Shown here piece after piece: positions 27,806 to 29,155 of a stretch of DNA of 29,155 nt. The DNA is taken from contig NIVC01001298.1 of NCBI GenBank assembly GCA_002269645.1, positions 320,242 through 349,396 of the forward strand, written 5' to 3'. The DNA is from Macrostomum lignano (Eukaryota). The position numbers were made by a program, and so were the translations under genes. A model generated the notes under the pieces. That model saw only the letters and a list, made by a program, of their open reading frames with translations. It did not search any database and was not told the origin of the DNA. How positions within the stretch are numbered: the stretch's first letter is position 1; each line of letters starts with the position of its first letter.

Positions 27806-28695
27806 ATACCACAGATACTGTATACCCTAGATGGCTGACTCCACAGATACTGTATACCCTAGATGGCTCACTCCACAGATACTGTATACCCTAGATGGCT
27901 CACTCCACAGATACTGTACACCCTAGATGGCTCACTCCACAGATACTGTACACCCTAGATGGCTCACTCCACAGATACTGTACACCCTAGATGGCTCACT
28001 CCACAGATACTGTATACCCTAGATGGCTCACTCCATAGATACTGTATACCCTATAGATGGCTCACTCCACAGATACTGTATACCCTAGATGGCTCACTCC
28101 ACAGATACTGTATACCCTAGATGGCTCACTCCACAGATACTGTATACCCTAGATGGCTCACTCCACAGATACTGTATACCCTAGATGGCTGAATCCACAG
28201 ATACTGTACACCCTAGATGGCTCACTCCACAGATACTGTACACCCTAGATGGCTCACTCCACAGATACTGTATACCCTAGATGGCTCACTCCACAGATAC
28301 TGTATACCCTAGATGGCTCACTCCACAGATACTGTACACCCTAGATGGCTCACTCCACAGATACTGTACACCCTAGATGGCTCACTCCACAGATACTGTA
28401 TACCCAATAGATGGCTCACTCCACAGATACTGTATACCCTAGATGGCTCACTCCACAGATACTGTATACCCTAGATGGCTGAATCCACAGATACTGTATA
28501 CCCTAGATGGCTCACTCCACAGATACTGTATACCAATAGATGGCTCACTCCACAGATACTGTATACCCTAGATGACTCACTCCACAGATACTGTATACCC
28601 TAGATGGCTGAATCCACAGATACTGTATACCTAGATGGCTGAATCCACAGATACTGTATACCCTAGATGACTCACTCCACTGATGGCTCACTCCA
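27806..28695. repeat. 32-bp minisatellite CTAGATGGCTCACTCCACAGATACTGTA(T/C)ACC, ~27 copies
   Basis: Period 32 (27841 vs 27873). Confidence 0.95.
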
Positions 28696-29155
28696 CATAC
28701 TCGTAGAATAAGAAAATTGTCTAAACGAAAAGCTGTATGAATAGCACTGGAGCTATAAGAAAGGCAAAAACATATCAAGCAGACATGTATATGCAAAACA
28801 AAACATAAACATAAGATGAACATTGGGTCTGCTTCTATCGAAAGCAATACCAATTTTTGTGCTGAAAAATGAAAACCTTTCTATCTCCGTAGTGTATTTT
28901 TCAGAAAAAACCTGCCTCCTAATTTTTTTCCAAAACGAGGTTTCCTGTCCTACTTGAGTAGTCCTTGCGCTACTACCGACTGCGGGACCTGGAGACAGGC
29001 AGGCAGGCAGGGCTGGGAAACTAATCGTTTCAAAGGCGCGGTTTGAACAGTACCGGCATTAGTAATCAGTAAGCGGTCCTTATGTGCGTCCTTGTTCGAG
29101 TACTTTAGACTTTCGGGATGCATCTCTCAGTCTGACTGACTCGCCAGTAGCCGCC

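Noticed and set aside
3993-28695. Regularly spaced repeats as CRISPR arrays
   Set aside because: Units are head-to-tail with no unique spacers, there are no cas genes, and the context is a spliced eukaryotic locus

Overview
Eukaryotic (metazoan) genomic DNA, not prokaryotic. GC-rich exons are separated by introns packed with different minisatellites, and the spacers are AT-rich. This architecture is most consistent with a macrostomid flatworm such as Macrostomum lignano (inference). Left to right: (1) an internally deleted Ty3/Gypsy (Mag-like) LTR retrotransposon (365-2657, minus) inserted with a GGGAG TSD into a G-rich intronic minisatellite; (2) the last exon of a DEG/ENaC/ASIC-family channel (+, 3194-3988); (3) a 4-coding-exon SMAD4/Medea gene (-, 5841-9227) with a probable 1-bp assembly deletion and no in-frame ATG; (4) a 9-exon PCM1 gene (-, 11966-20899, about 1472 aa, all splice phases consistent); (5) an AT-rich divergent spacer holding a ~575-bp MITE; (6) a 4-exon gene of unknown function (+, 25419-27493). 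About 20 tandem arrays account for most long ORFs in the track, which are spurious. Best leads: intronic arrays built from sense-strand splicing signals (including a tandem TTTTGCAG|GTGAGG recursive-splice-like site that is an expansion of the real donor); possible initiation of SMAD4 from a trans-spliced leader AUG downstream of PCM1; natural K519R and I500Q equivalents in SMAD4; and a tandem Smad-binding-element microsatellite inside SMAD4. All coordinates and copy numbers were read by eye.
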